Notes under the pieces: generated by a model
Told to the model about the DNA's origin: nothing
Seen by the model: the letters and a program-made list of their open reading frames with translations, nothing else
Databases searched by the model: none
Shown here: piece by piece, positions 13,243-27,169 of the stretch
Numbering within the stretch: position 1 is the stretch's first letter
How the letters are laid out: every line of letters starts with the position of its first letter
Assembly: GCA_964016885.1 (NCBI GenBank)
Contig: OZ024756.1
Coordinates: 2,232,001-2,296,000, forward strand
Direction: 5' to 3'
Length of the DNA stretch: 64,000 nucleotides
Source: Eledone cirrhosa
Taxonomy: Eukaryota
Made by a program: the position numbers and the translations under genes

Positions 13243-13326
13243 CATATACATATATATGTATAAATATGTGTATATATATATATATATGTATAAATATGTA
13301 TAAGTATGTGTGTGTGTATATATATG

Positions 13327-13391
<65 letters not shown>

Positions 13392-13410
13392 ATGTATGTG
13401 TGGTTGTGTG
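12145..13410. repeat. Compound TG/TA/TATG low-complexity tract
   Basis: Direct reading. Confidence 0.95.
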
Positions 13411-13991
13411 TGTTAGTACGTATGAACGCAGTTTTAACGCTAATTGCAATTACTGTAAACATACAGGTTTAATAAACATCTCAAACGTCAAGTGGGGTGG
13501 AGGGGGGGTGGGGGGGTGACGTAGACTAGGGGTTTAGTGGATGATTGAGCGGAGCCCCTTAAAACATCTAATTAACTATCATAAACACCTTGTCGTCAGG
13601 GGTTTAACGAACCCAACCTCCCTAATAAATAAACATAATTTCCCTACTTAGCTTCATATATCTTAATATTCCTTCTAACTTTTCTTATTTTTATGTTCTT
13701 CATTAAATATTCCCAGAGTTGCCAGCCAACCTCCCTGAAACTATACAAATTAGGTTTTTATTAAAACATAATTAATTACCGGAAGTGATATAAGAAAGGA
13801 AGTTGAGACGGTAATCGAACCCGGAATCTCTTAATTTTATAGCTATTTAGTAAACCTGGTGTGTGTGGTGTGGTTAATAACTTGTAAGAAATAATTAATA
13901 GTTTGTCAAAGAAATATATCACTTAGATGGAAGACATGTAGCGTAAGGTGGGTGGTTGCGGTCTTGACGTTTATGTGGTGCCTCTGGCTAA

Positions 13992-14043
<52 letters not shown>

Positions 14044-14222
14044 AAGTTTCTGTTGAATAAGTAGATTTTAAAATGGCGATGGGAACTTTTGTCAATGTAT
14101 CTACACACGAACGTGTGTATATGTATGTTTGTGTTTATATATATATATATATACATATATATATACGTGTGTGTGTGTGAGAGAGAGTGTGTATATATAT
14201 ATATATGTGTGTGTGTGAGAGA

Positions 14223-14264
<42 letters not shown>

Positions 14265-14333
14265 TATGAAGAGAGAAGAAACATTTAGATATAATTAGTA
14301 ATAAAATGTATCATACCTAAACTGTTCCTAAAT

Positions 14334-14421
14334 TCCTCGACTACGTAGTTTCGTGGCATAAACAAAAACAATATATCAAAGATATAGAGTCCTTGCGAGG
14401 TCTGCCGACTTATCAAGAGGA
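14334..14421 (-). ncRNA. Degenerate hammerhead with enlarged stem II
   Basis: Minus strand: TCCTC-TTGATAA-GTcGGCA...TGCCAC-GAAA-CTACGTAG-TC-GAGGA. All three stems are present, but the core differs from CTGATGA at two positions. Confidence 0.65.
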
Positions 14422-14533
14422 TACCTCATTTTACTAGTCTCAAGAACGCGTCTACACGACGTGAGAAAGAATCCCAAAAGGCGGAGGGGGAGATAGTCAC
14501 GCGATATAACGGTCGAGAAACAGAGCTAAGCCT

Positions 14534-14572
<39 letters not shown>

Positions 14573-14618
14573 TATGGAATACTGTTGGCTTTTTGCTACA
14601 ATATTTTCTATACCTTTC

Positions 14619-14664
<46 letters not shown>

Positions 14665-14669
<5 letters not shown>

Positions 14670-15109
14670 AAAGTTTTATTTAAGATTGTTGGGTTACAAC
14701 GAGTAAATATTTCATAACTGATATAAAAGCACTCAACAGTTTCTGGAGTAGGTTTACGATATTAAACAAATGGAAACTATATTTATAAAACTATATTTAT
14801 TTCGTTATATATATTTCTGGGATATCATATTAAAAATATGTTATGCCTTCCTCAGACAAAATACAATATATAAGCTGTTTTATAAATAATTAGTGACATA
14901 CCTTGTGATAATGCAACTTCCTTTTAAAAATCAACTTTTTAAAAGGAAGTTGCATTATCACAAGGTATGTCACTAATTATTTATAAAACAGCTTATGTAT
15001 TGTATTTTGTCTGAGGAAGGCATAACATATTTTTAATATGATATCCCAGAAATATATATAACGAAATAAATATAGTATTATAAATATAGTTTCCATTTGT
15101 TTAATATCG

Positions 15110-15111
<2 letters not shown>
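14665..15111. mobile_element. Tail + 176-bp hairpin insertion with a hammerhead in each arm
   Basis: Arms 14755-14930/14936-15111 with a 5-nt loop; (TA)n flanks. Confidence 0.88.
15003..15068 (+). ncRNA. Type I hammerhead ribozyme (mirror copy on - strand at about 14798-14863)
   Basis: Stem I TATTTTGT/ACGAAATA; CTGAGGA 15011-17; stem II with an inner CATATT/AATATG hairpin; GAAA 15049-52; palindromic TATATA; AUA. Confidence 0.72.
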
Positions 15112-15140
<29 letters not shown>

Positions 15141-15199
15141 ATATGTTTGTGTTTGAGAGAGAGTGTGTATATATGTATATATATATATATATATATATG

Positions 15200-15366
15200 T
15201 AGAAGTTGTATTTAATTTGTTGGAATTCCGACAATCATAAATGTTTATAACTGATTTAGAGCACTCAACAGTTTACTGGAGTAAATATTCCATGATATTA
15301 AACAAATGGAAACTATATTTATAAAATGGTTTTATAGATATAGTTTCCATTTATTTAATATCATGG
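15200..15366. mobile_element. Shorter hairpin sibling of 14665-15111
   Basis: Shares gcactcaacagttt..ctggagta and gatattaaacaaatggaaactatatttataaaa. Arms about 15290-15326/15330-15366. Confidence 0.8.
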
Positions 15367-15368
15367 TG

Positions 15369-15405
<37 letters not shown>

Positions 15406-15888
15406 TTGAGAGAGAGTGTGTATATATGTACACATATATATATATGCGTGTGTGTGCGTGTGTTACAACAACCGTGAATATACTTAATTCGAACATAAAT
15501 ACACCCAGATCAAACTGTGAACCAAACACAATCTATACACCTAGATTCGATCTCATTGACCCTAATCAAACATCTCATCGAGATGTTAAACCATACACAG
15601 CCTTCTCCTCTATGTCCAAACATCCTGGTAAAACGAACGCCGACTTTCACCAATTACTAGTTTGGGGATGACGGACGTCATCAGGCCGCGACCCTCCTAC
15701 TGCATAGCTCCTTCCTGGTATATAACTGCAGAGATAACGACCCCATTACGTCATTGACATATACTTCACACGTGACTTGTACAATCATTTGGAACAACTA
15801 CCGAGCCAAACTGAAAAATCGAACTCCATCTATCACTTTTGACATACATATATGTGCGTGTATGCAAGTATGGATGTAAGCATGTATG

Positions 15889-15917
<29 letters not shown>

Positions 15918-15924
<7 letters not shown>

Positions 15925-16075
15925 TAAAGTGGTCCTTCATCACTGATCTTCCAACCATCATCGGTATTTCTTCGCTTTCTTTAAAGCGAAGAAATACCGA
16001 TGATGGTTGGAAGGTCACTGATGAAGGGCCACTTTATTCATATGTAACCCATTTGCAACCACGCAGCACGTTTAT

Positions 16076-16080
<5 letters not shown>
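15918..16080. mobile_element. Hairpin + tail insertion; family shared with 34200-34300
   Basis: Arms 15918-15978/15983-16043. The tail matches the reverse complement of 34201-34245. CTGATGA here versus CTGACGA in the sibling. Confidence 0.8.
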
Positions 16081-16106
<26 letters not shown>

Positions 16107-16108
16107 CC

Positions 16109-16291
16109 CCCTCCTCATTTAAGAAGAAACACCTAGTTAAATGCAAAAACACCGACAAAACCATAACAGTTAGGATAGAAACTAAGGAAAGAAACCTCGG
16201 CAATCTTAGAATTAAGGAAGCACTATTTATAGACAAAACACAACCACCAATCAATAATAGACTAGAACTCAACACCCAATTTATAACTTGA
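16109..16291 (+). pseudogene. Penelope-like element GIY-YIG endonuclease C-terminal fragment (5'-truncated at (TA)n)
   Basis: The frame reads PSSFKKKHLVKCKNTDKTITVRIETKERNLGNLRIKEALFIDKTQPPINNRLELNTQFIT*, containing the PLE H...L.IKEAL.I....P.IN terminus. It has no start codon, so it is absent from the ORF track. Confidence 0.8.
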
Positions 16292-16855
16292 TAGAGCTTC
16301 TAGCCCCATATTTACCCCCCCCCCCCATACACACACACGCACACACACACGCACGCACACACGCACACACACACGCTTACACCTCCACTTATTCTCTCTC
16401 ACACACACACATACACACACAAAGACCAGTTCTAACACGAGATAACATCTATCCCCCACATTTACGTATAGACATATATTCTCACTCTCACACACACACA
16501 CTCACATACTTACACCTTCATGCATTCTCCCACACACTTAAACAGGCATGTACGAAAAAAAAAAAAAAACCCTTTTAAAGGGAGACTACTCTTTATCCAC
16601 CTAACCGTAACTCTTTGACATTAGAGATAGAACAGATACTCTATACCATTTCCTGTCAGCATGACTTGGCAAGCTATTTAGAACACTGGTTTAACCGCTT
16701 TACTTCCCTCCGAAGAAGAAATATTATCTCGAAAATTAAGGACATTTAAATAAATCTAAGCTAAAAGACTAATTGTCAACAATATCTTTTGCATTTGCAT
16801 TCTTTATTCTATGTCCATACCTGCATTGTTTTGGCTTTATTATACATATACAAAC

Positions 16856-16922
<67 letters not shown>

Positions 16923-16925
<3 letters not shown>

Positions 16926-17058
16926 AACGAAGGAGGTGTGGTAAGGAAACAGATGGACCATAACGTACCAGAGTACTCAATACTTAGGGTAGTAGAGTGG
17001 GTAATAGGAAAAGTTTAACCCCGACGGCTTGAGCTCTGCCGTCGGGGTTAAACATTTT

Positions 17059-17062
<4 letters not shown>
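16923..17062. mobile_element. Tail + hairpin insertion folding back at hammerhead stem III
   Basis: ataggaaaa-gtttaaccccgacggc-ttgagctct-gccgtcggggttaaac-a-ttttcctat; sibling at 4844-5000. Confidence 0.8.
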
Positions 17063-17115
<53 letters not shown>

Positions 17116-17293
17116 GTGTGTGTGTGTATGTGTGTCTGTCCGTGCATGCGTGTGTGTGTTAAAAGTATTGTGAAGCACGGCGTTCGATTCATTGTTACGA
17201 CTGCTGGCCTCTTTCATCCATCAATAGGTACATTTTACATGACTTACTTTTAAATACATACATACATACATACATATATATATATATAAAGAG

Positions 17294-17371
<78 letters not shown>

Positions 17372-17601
17372 GTAAAATCCCAACCGCGGTGACAAGCGAT
17401 TTCGACCGGCTTGGGATATTACATATCTCTATACCCTCTCTCTGCATCTCCCCATGTATAGAGTGCCTCGATGGTTAGTGGTCTCCCCGGTCTCAGCACC
17501 ACATACTCTCCCTCCCTCTCTCTCACACACATACACACTCTCTCTCTCTCTATATATATATATTTACTCATACATCTACCTGTTCTCTCCCTATCCAAAC
17601 T

Positions 17602-17635
17602 TTCCTGACGGATGACCTCGGTCCGAAACGTTGAA
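17602..17635 (+). ncRNA. Minimal hammerhead variant (PLE-type)
   Basis: TTC-CTGACGG-at-GACC-tc-GGTC-c-GAAA-CGTT-GAA. Confidence 0.5.
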
Positions 17636-17727
17636 CCCCTCCCCCACCTTCTCCAAACATAAAGCTAATATAACTGTATTTTTGCATCCCTGTGTTTATT
17701 TTGTTTCATTTATCAACTATACATCAT

Positions 17728-17764
<37 letters not shown>

Positions 17765-17796
17765 CGCATATGTACACACACACACACACACATATA

Positions 17797-17839
<43 letters not shown>

Positions 17840-18227
17840 CTCTACAAAAAGCATACATGTGTATGTGTATTTTCGTACGTGTGCACTCAGTATATTCAGT
17901 GTATACTATGCTGACACTCACCCCTCCACCCGCGCCCCCTTCCTCCCCATGACCCCCACCCTTACTTAACAGTCGTTCAGTTGACTTACTAAGTTGACCT
18001 AATTAATATATCACGTCACTCGTCATCACTGAACCTACTAAACTAAACCAAACTAAACCAAACCGAAACCAAACAATTAAACCTTTATTCTCGTTCGGCG
18101 TTCTCTTATCTTTACTTACTCCCGCCTTCTTTGAGTGGGAATCTCGTTCACTGTTCTTTTATCTTTACTTACTCCTGTCTTGTTTGAATGGCAAACATTA
18201 TGAAATATATTTCAGACTGACTGAATA

Positions 18228-18750
18228 CACCGCCACCACTGCTACCACCCTCAACAACTCCATTACCACCACCACCTCCCCCAACAATACCACCACCAAC
18301 ACCACCTCCACCAACACCAACAACAACACCAACACCAACACCACCACCACGAACAATACCACCACCAACAACAATACCACCACCACCAACAATACCACCT
18401 CCACCACCAACACCACCTCCACCACCAACACCACCTCCACCACCACCACCACCACCACCACCAACTCCACCACCACCACCACCACCACCAATACCACCAC
18501 CACCAACAACACCACCACCAACAACACCACCACCACCACCACCACCACCACCACCACCACCAACAACAATACCACCTCCACCAACAACAACAATACCATC
18601 ACCACTACCCCCAACAACACCACCTCCACTAACAACAACAACACCACCACTACTACCATCACCACCACCACCTCCACTAACAACAACACCACCACCACCA
18701 CCAACACCACTAACAACAACTACAATACCACTCTCATCACCACCAACGCC
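18228..18750. repeat. (ACC)/(AAC) trinucleotide low-complexity tract
   Basis: Direct reading. Confidence 0.95.
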
Positions 18751-18959
18751 ACTCCACACACACATAACCACACATACACCCATACATACACACAACCACC
18801 CACACATGCACATACCCACACGCATACACACATACACACACCCATACACATACATACCCCAAACACACCTACACATACATACACTCACACCAATACACGC
18901 ACACATATTCATACCCCGCACCTATACATCCACACACATATACACCCACATACACACAC

Positions 18960-21411
18960 ATCTATACACCCACATATATACACCGACAGCTATACACCCA
19001 CACATATTTACACCGACATCTATACACCCACATACACACACATCTATACACCCACATATATACACCGACAGCTATACACCCACACATATATACACCGACA
19101 GCTATACACCCACACATATATACACCGACAGCTATACACCCACACATATATACACCGACATCTATACACCCACACATATATACACCGACAGCTATACACC
19201 CACACAATTATACACGGACAGCTATACACCCACACATATATACACCGACAGCTATACACCCACACATATATACACCGACAGCTATACACCCACACATATA
19301 TACACCGACAGCTATACACCCACACATATATACACCGACAGCTATACACCCACACATATATACACCGACATCTATACACCCACATATATACACCGACAGC
19401 TATACACCCACACATATATACACCGACAGCTATACACCCACACATATATACACCGACAGCTATACACCCACACATATATACACCGACAGCTATACACCCA
19501 CACATATATACACCGACAGCTATACACCCACACATATATACACCGACAGCTATACACCCACACATATATACACCGACAGCTATACACCCACACATATATA
19601 CACCGACATCTATACACCCACACATATATACACCGACAGCTATACACCCACACAATTATACACGGACAGCTATACACCCACACATATATACACCGACAGC
19701 TATACACCCACACATATATACACCGACAGCTATACACCCACACATATATACACCGACAGCTATACAACCACACATATATACACCGACATCTATACACCCA
19801 CATATATACACCGACAGCTATACACCCACACATATATACACCGACAGCTATACACCCACACATATATACACCGACAGCTATACACCCACATATATACACC
19901 GACAGCTATACACCGACAGCTATACACCCACACATATATACACGGACAGCTATACACCCACACATATATACACGGACACCTATACACCCACACATATATA
20001 CACTGACATCTATACACCCACATATATATACACCGACAGCTATACACCCACACATATATACACTGACAGCTATACACCCACACATATATACACCGACAGC
20101 TATACACCCACACATATATACACCGACAGCTATACACCCACACATATATACACTGACACCTATACATCCCCACATATATACACGGACAGCTATACACCCA
20201 CACATATAAACACTGACACCTATACACCCACACATATATACACTGACATCTATACACCCACACATATATACACCGACAGCTATACACCCACACATATATA
20301 CACTGACATCTATACACCCACACATATATACACCGACAGCTATACACCCACATATATACACCGACAGCTATACACCCACACATATATACACCGACAGCTA
20401 TACATCCACACATATATACACCGACAGCTATACACCCACACATATATACACCGACATCTATACATCCACACATATATACACCGACATCTATACACCCACA
20501 CATATATACACCGATAGCTATACACCCACACATATGTACACCGACAGCTATACATCCACACATATATACACCGACAGATATACATCCACACATATATACA
20601 CCGACAGCTATACACCCACACATATATACACCGACATCTATACATCCACACATATATACACCGACAGCTATACACCCACACATATATACACCGACAGCTA
20701 TACACCCACACATATATACACCGACAGCTATATACCCACACATATATACACCCACATCTATACATCCACACATATATACACCGACAGCTATACACCCACA
20801 CATATATACACGGACATCTATACACCCACACATATATACACTGACAGCTATACAACCACACATATATACACCGACAGCTATACACCCACACATATATACA
20901 CCGACAGCTATACACCCACACATATATACACGGACATCTATACACCCACACATATATACACTGACAGCTATACAACCACACATATATACACCGACAGCTA
21001 TACACCCACACATATATACACCGACAGCTATACACCCACACATATATACACGGACATCTATACACCCACACATATATACACTGACAGCTATACAACCACA
21101 CATATATACACCGACAGCTATACACCCACACATATATACACCGACAGCTATACATCCACACATATATACACCGACAGCTATACACCCACACATATATACA
21201 CCGACAGCTATACACCCACACATATATACACCGACAGCTATACATCCACATATATACACCGACAGTTATACACCCACACATATATACACCGACATCTATA
21301 CACCCACACATATATACACCGACAGCTATACACCCAGACATATATACACCGACAGCTATACACCCACATATATACACCGATAGCTATACACCCACACATA
21401 TATACACCGAC
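18960..21411. repeat. 30-bp minisatellite (tatacacccacacatatatacaccgacagc), about 80 copies
   Basis: Period 30 with occasional 28-bp units and recurring variant blocks. Confidence 0.98.
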
Positions 21412-21474
21412 TTTCATGCTTTCGCAATCTTCAGGTTCAAATTCAGTGGTGACAGTCAAGTTGGCAATTTTCAA

Positions 21475-21513
21475 TGAACCTGAAGATTGCGAAAGCATGA
21501 ACGTACTTGTTCA
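21475..21513 (+). ncRNA. Minimal hammerhead lacking stem II, within hairpin + tail element 21413-~21560
   Basis: TGAAC-CTGAAGA-ttgc-GAAA-GCATG-aa-CGTAC-TT-GTTCA. Inverted copy 21413-21439 of 21475-21501. Confidence 0.7.
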
Positions 21514-21657
21514 ATTAACACTTAACATTTAATATTCTATCATACTATTTCATTATAATATCATTATAATTTTAAAGGATTGTAAATAAAACGAGTATAT
21601 CAGACAAAGTTGGAATTCCTTTTATTAATATAATCTTCTATACACAATCATACACAC

Positions 21658-21715
<58 letters not shown>

Positions 21716-21767
21716 CAGGAAAGAAGATTGACATGGTTTGCAATACAAAAAAGGTTTTTAATCTCAT

Positions 21768-21875
21768 TGCTGACAATTGTTTCTCTGAACTGGTAGGTCT
21801 AGAGATCGCTATTCGCTTGTTTTCACGTTACTAGATCGCCAATACAAAATTATAACCAGTCAGTTCTTCGGAACA
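21768..21875 (-). ncRNA. Hammerhead variant with about 80-nt stem II domain
   Basis: Minus strand: TGTT-CCGAAGA-a-CTGA-CTGGT...ACCAG-t-TCAG-a-GAAA-CAATTG-TC-AGCA; lies in (TA)n-flanked island 21712-22003. Confidence 0.68.
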
Positions 21876-22394
21876 TGCGAGAATGAAGAGAATATACAGG
21901 CATGAAAGGAATATACAGGCTACTATATGAAGTAGTAATGGCATTCAGTTAGAACAATAACAACAATTACAACAATGCTAGTAATAAATTATTTGTTACC
22001 CCGTATATATATATATATATATATATATATAGCGAATGGTCTTCAAAATGTTTTTAATTAAACATATTGCCAAATATACTATACATACATTCATATATGT
22101 CTCTCTCTCTCTATATATGTGTGTGTATGAATGCAGACAATGGATGCTGTACGCTATCTTGCTACATTAAATGTGGCAGAAACTTGAGTACGAGTATATA
22201 TTTATGGTACCCATTTACGTGTGTTGTATCGAGGCAAATAATTTTGTGTCTAGTCTGTGATTTACACCTAATCTTACCTATTGAGAACTCTGAGATGCAA
22301 CCGGTACTAGCAGGGAAACTTATGCTAGTCCGGTTAACCTCTGCACTGGGTAATTGTTGGCCTTGTGCCTATATAAGTAACTTATTATTATGAT

Positions 22395-22530
22395 GATCCG
22401 AGTTCAAATCCCGCCGAGGTTAACTTTGCCTGTCATCCTTACGGGGTCGATAAAATAAAGTACCAGTAATACACTGGGGTAATTGCTGGTCTTGTGCCAA
22501 AAGTAGAAACAATTATTATTATTATTATTA
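22395..22530 (+). mobile_element. Nin-type tRNA SINE, partial, with (ATT)n tail
   Basis: B-box gagttcaaatcc, central gcct.tcatccttacggggtcgataaaataaagtaccag, (att)n tail. Confidence 0.88.
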
Positions 22531-22540
22531 TTATATATAA

Positions 22541-22620
<80 letters not shown>

Positions 22621-23072
22621 GCGCATGTCTATGTGTGTGTATACATGTTTGAATTCCTGCTTATGTGTGCATATGTGAGAGTATCATGTGCGTGTCTATA
22701 CATGAGTGTGTGTGCACATACTATCAGCGGTCCAGACCTGCCCCTCCATGTTGAATACTTTCTCAGTCCTGTCCTTCTTCTTTCTCCGCCATTATTCTCA
22801 GTCTTTCTACACTGTACATGTGGATGACTGACTCGAACAGATGTCATATCTACCACATAAGCTATTCATATCTCAAACATGTGGGCATCTATATGACCAG
22901 ACAATCTCCTACATGACTACACATACATACATGCCTGTGTGGATGGATATATATATATATATATAGTTAGAGAGAGAGAGAGAGAGAGAACGGAACTGAG
23001 AAATAATTTCGGAAGGAGATATAATATTGAAATAAGAAAATGTGATAAATCTCTTTCCTATTCCGAAATTAT

Positions 23073-23682
23073 CAAACCTACAAACCAACAAACCTACAAA
23101 CGAACAAACCACCAAACCACCAAACTAACAAACCTACAAACCACCAAACCAACAAACTTACAACCCACCAAACCTACAAACCACCAAACCAACAAACCTA
23201 CAACCCACCAAATCTACAAACCACCAAACCAACAAACCTACAACTCACCAAACCAACAAACCTACAAACCACCAAACAAACAAACCACCAAACCAACAAA
23301 CCAACAAACCTACAAACCAACAAACCAACAAACCTACAAACCAACAAGCCACCAAACCAGCAAACCAACAACCCACCAAACCAGCAAACCACCAAACCAA
23401 CAAACCTACAAACCAACAAGCCACCAAACCAACAAACCTACAAACCAACAAACCTACAAACCAACAAGCCACCAAACCAACAAGCCACCAAACCAGCAAA
23501 CCACCAAACCAACAAACCTACAAACCAACAAGCTACCAAACCAACAACCCACCAAACCAACAAACCACCAAACCTACAACCCACCAAACCAAGCAACCAA
23601 CAAACTTAAAAACCAACAAACCTACAAACCAACAAACCTACAACCCACCAAACCACCAAACCTACAACCCACCAAACCAAAC
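23073..23682. repeat. Degenerate aaaccaac/aaacctac (8-bp based) tandem repeat
   Basis: Direct reading. Confidence 0.9.
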
Positions 23683-23939
23683 AATATAACCCCAAACTTT
23701 ACTGTTCCAATATGCTGGCAGTGTGTAATAGAGTCTAAAATATTGTACCACCGGCGAAGAATTGACCCCCCCCCACCTACTGCTAGTACTTCCCTGCTCC
23801 CCCTTTTTATCTGCCCCTCCCCTACTAATATCCCAATTTTTCTCTCCCCTTGTCCGTCTTCGCCCCTATCTTTAGACCTCGAATTCTTTATTCGCTTGGA
23901 TCAGCTTTAACGGCAGCTGTTGTGGTAAAACAGTTGGAT

Positions 23940-24510
23940 GGGGAGAAGGAGAAGGAGATGAAGAAGAAGAAGGAGAAGGAGAAGAAGAAGAAGAAGAAGA
24001 AGAAGAAGAAGAAGAAGAAGAAGAAGAAGAAGAAGAAGGCAAAGAAGAAGGCAAAGAAGAAGAAGAAGAAAGAGAAAAAGACGATGCATAATAATAATAA
24101 TAATAAGAAGAAGAAGAAGAGAAGAAGAAGGGGTTTAACCTGTGTTTATACGCTAAAAGTTTTCAGGCTATCTAACAACAACAACATCAACAACGATATC
24201 TGGGACAACGACAACAGGAACAATACTAACAAAGTTACCAACAACAGAAACAGTAGTAACAACAACAACAACATCACAGTAACAATGTATGTAACAACAA
24301 CAACAACAACATCACAGTAACAATGTATGTAACAACAACAACAACATCACAGTAACAACAACAACATCACAGTAACAACAACAACATCACAGTAACAATG
24401 TAACAGCAACAACAACAACAACAACATCACAGTAACAACAACAGCAACAATACAGACAAGGATACCAACATCAAAAGCCGTTACTATAGCAACAACTACA
24501 ACAACAATAG
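23940..24510. repeat. (GAA)n and (AAC)n-derived tracts
   Basis: Direct reading. Confidence 0.92.
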
Positions 24511-24516
24511 CAAAAT

Positions 24517-24700
24517 GGTTTCTACTTTACGCAGAAAGCCAACAATTTGGGGGGGGGGGGGCAACGTTACTGGTACTTTATTTTATCGACCTCGTAATCA
24601 TGAAAGGCAAAGTTAACCTCGGAAGGGTTTAAACTTAGAACGTAAAGGGCCGTTACTCTGTGCTACAAAGCATGTTGTCCGATGCTCTATCGATTACTGT
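24517..24700 (-). mobile_element. Nin-type tRNA SINE
   Basis: Reverse-complement match to 61301-61488. Confidence 0.82.
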
Positions 24701-25162
24701 CAATAGTAAAATGGTTAAGAAACTGTCTCATCATCAACCATAAGAATACATCATGTTTGGTAGTGTATATATTTATATGTTTATCTGTCTGTAACTTGCA
24801 TTCACACACGGACTCACACAGACACATATACATATATACACAAACACACACACACAGACACACACAGACACACATACACAGACACACAGACACAAATACA
24901 CTCAGACACACAAACACACACAGACACATACACATATAGACAAACACATGCACATACACGCACACACACACACATACACAAACACACGCACACACAGACA
25001 CTCAGACACACAAACACACACACACACGCAGACACATACACAAACACACACACGTAGACACAAAACAAACACACACAGACACACAATCACAAACACACAC
25101 ATACACAGACACATATAGACAAACACATACACATACACGCAGACACACACACACATACACAA

Positions 25163-25196
<34 letters not shown>

Positions 25197-25762
25197 TCAG
25201 ACACACAAACACACATAAACACACACACACGCAGACACACATACACATACAAACATACACAAACGCACACACGCAAACACATACACACAAACACAAACAC
25301 ACAAACACAAACAGACACATACACACAAACACAGACACACAAACACATACACAGACAAACACACACAGAGAGTACATTTCCTGACTCATGTTTTCTAAAC
25401 CCAAGGACTTCTCTTTTATCCCTATATGTGTCCCAGTAAATAACATTTTCATCAAAGTTCCTTCTTCAGTTAACCCAGTAAGTCATTTCTACAAATATAC
25501 GGAGCTAATATGTAAATATATCCCCCAAAATAAGTTATTAAAATATCACTTTTATCTTTACTTAAGCCTAGGGTCAGTAAGCATCATAAACTATAGGGTT
25601 TATTTTATGCAAACCATTAATTTATCAAAATTTCCTGGTTTTTATTATTGTTATTTCATCCAGCTTTCCTGGCATTTATAACACACCAATCTTGAAGTCC
25701 ACAAAAAATAATAACAAAAAAACAAAACAAACAAGATTATTGATGTCATTATTGACAATGCG

Positions 25763-26646
25763 TGAGTTCAAATCCCGTCGAGGTTAACTTTGACTTTCAT
25801 CCTAACGGGGCCGATAAAATAAAGTACCAGTAATGCACTAGGGTCGATTTAATCGACTTACCCCTCCCCCCAAATTGCTGGTCTTGTGCCTATATAAGAA
25901 ACCATTATTGACAACATGGGTACACTAATCACTGCTCACTAAATATAATTGTTTCTACTTTTGGCACAAAGCCAGCAATTACCCCAGTACATTACTGGTA
26001 CTTTATTTTATCGACCTCGTAAGGATGAAAAGCAAAGTTAACGTCGGTGGGATTTGAACTCAGAGCGTGAAGGGCCATAACTCTATGCTACAAAGCATGG
26101 CGTCTGACGCTCTACCGATTCTGCCAAACCACAGCCCTAATAATGCTTTCTGATTTAGGCACAAGGGCCCCAATTTGAAGTGAGGACGAAATCGATTAAA
26201 TCGACCCACTGCTTGACTGCTACTTTACTTTATCGACCCCGGAAGGATAAAATACAAAGTTGACTTCGGTGGAATGTGAACTCAGAATGTAAAGAGTCAG
26301 AACAAATACCGCAAATTATTTTATCCGACGCTCTACCGAGTTTACCAGCTTACTACCCCAATAGTGATTAATAATGCTTTCTGATTTAGGCACAAGGCCA
26401 GTAATTACCCAGTGCATTACTGGTACTTTATTTTATCGACCCCGTAAGGATGAAAGGCAAAGTCAACCTCGGCGGGATTTGAACTCAGATCGTAAAGGGA
26501 TGTAACTATGCTGGAAAGGATGGCGTCCGACTCTCTACCGATACTATAATGCTTTCTGATTTAGGCACAAGGCGAACAATTTGGGGGGAGGGGTAAGTCG
26601 ATTATATCGACTCCAGCGCATTACTGGTACTTCATTTTATCGACCC
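25763..26646. mobile_element. Cluster of five Nin-type SINE copies (one +, four - head-to-tail)
   Basis: Repeated ttaggcacaagg...ctggtactttattttatcgacc...aggatgaaaggcaaagt..acctcggcgggatttgaactcag blocks. Confidence 0.9.
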
Positions 26647-27169
26647 TGCAAGTGTACAGCTAAAATATTGATAATGTGTCAACAGCAACATCGTCCAGTA
26701 TATGTTTATCACCAACCACTTGACCAACAACAGTAACAACATCAACAACATCACGCAAACCTGGTTTCTATATATAGTAATTTAAGAAACTTACGCACAA
26801 ATATGTCCGACTGTGTTAGTGTGACTTTGAATTCTCAACTGGACATTATAACATTTTTGTCAATGGCGTTTACCAACCGGAAGTTGATTGACTCACGTGA
26901 CCGTTCAATGACTGTCCTACTGTTTATTCAAGAACTTATAAGTACAGTAACAATGGACCCCTGGTGGCTAACAATAACACCAATAACAATAAAGAACGGT
27001 AACTCATGGAAAGTGTTTTTTCACGCCTTTTTTTCTTCTATTTTCTCTCTCTCTTTCTCTCTCTTCCTCCTTCATTAAATCTTCTTTCTTTCTTTCATTC
27101 TTGTTTTTCCTTTTCATTATTTTCTCTTGTATTATATTTCTTTTATTCTTCGTTTCAACATTACACTCG

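Noticed and set aside
13800-13835. B-box-like sequence, and SINE heads generally, as tRNA genes
   Set aside because: No cloverleaf; A/B boxes belong to SINE heads or decayed fragments.
15640-15690. Minus-strand CTGATGA...GAAA
   Set aside because: No convincing stems I-III.
18960-21411. 30-, 33-, 36-, 37- and 52-bp arrays as CRISPR candidates
   Set aside because: Contiguous tandem units with no unique spacers, no cas genes and a eukaryotic context.
25370-25490. Minus-strand frame MTYWVN-TGA-RRNFDENVIYWD... as a selenoprotein exon
   Set aside because: No SECIS or homology evidence; the + strand exon reading has better splice signals.
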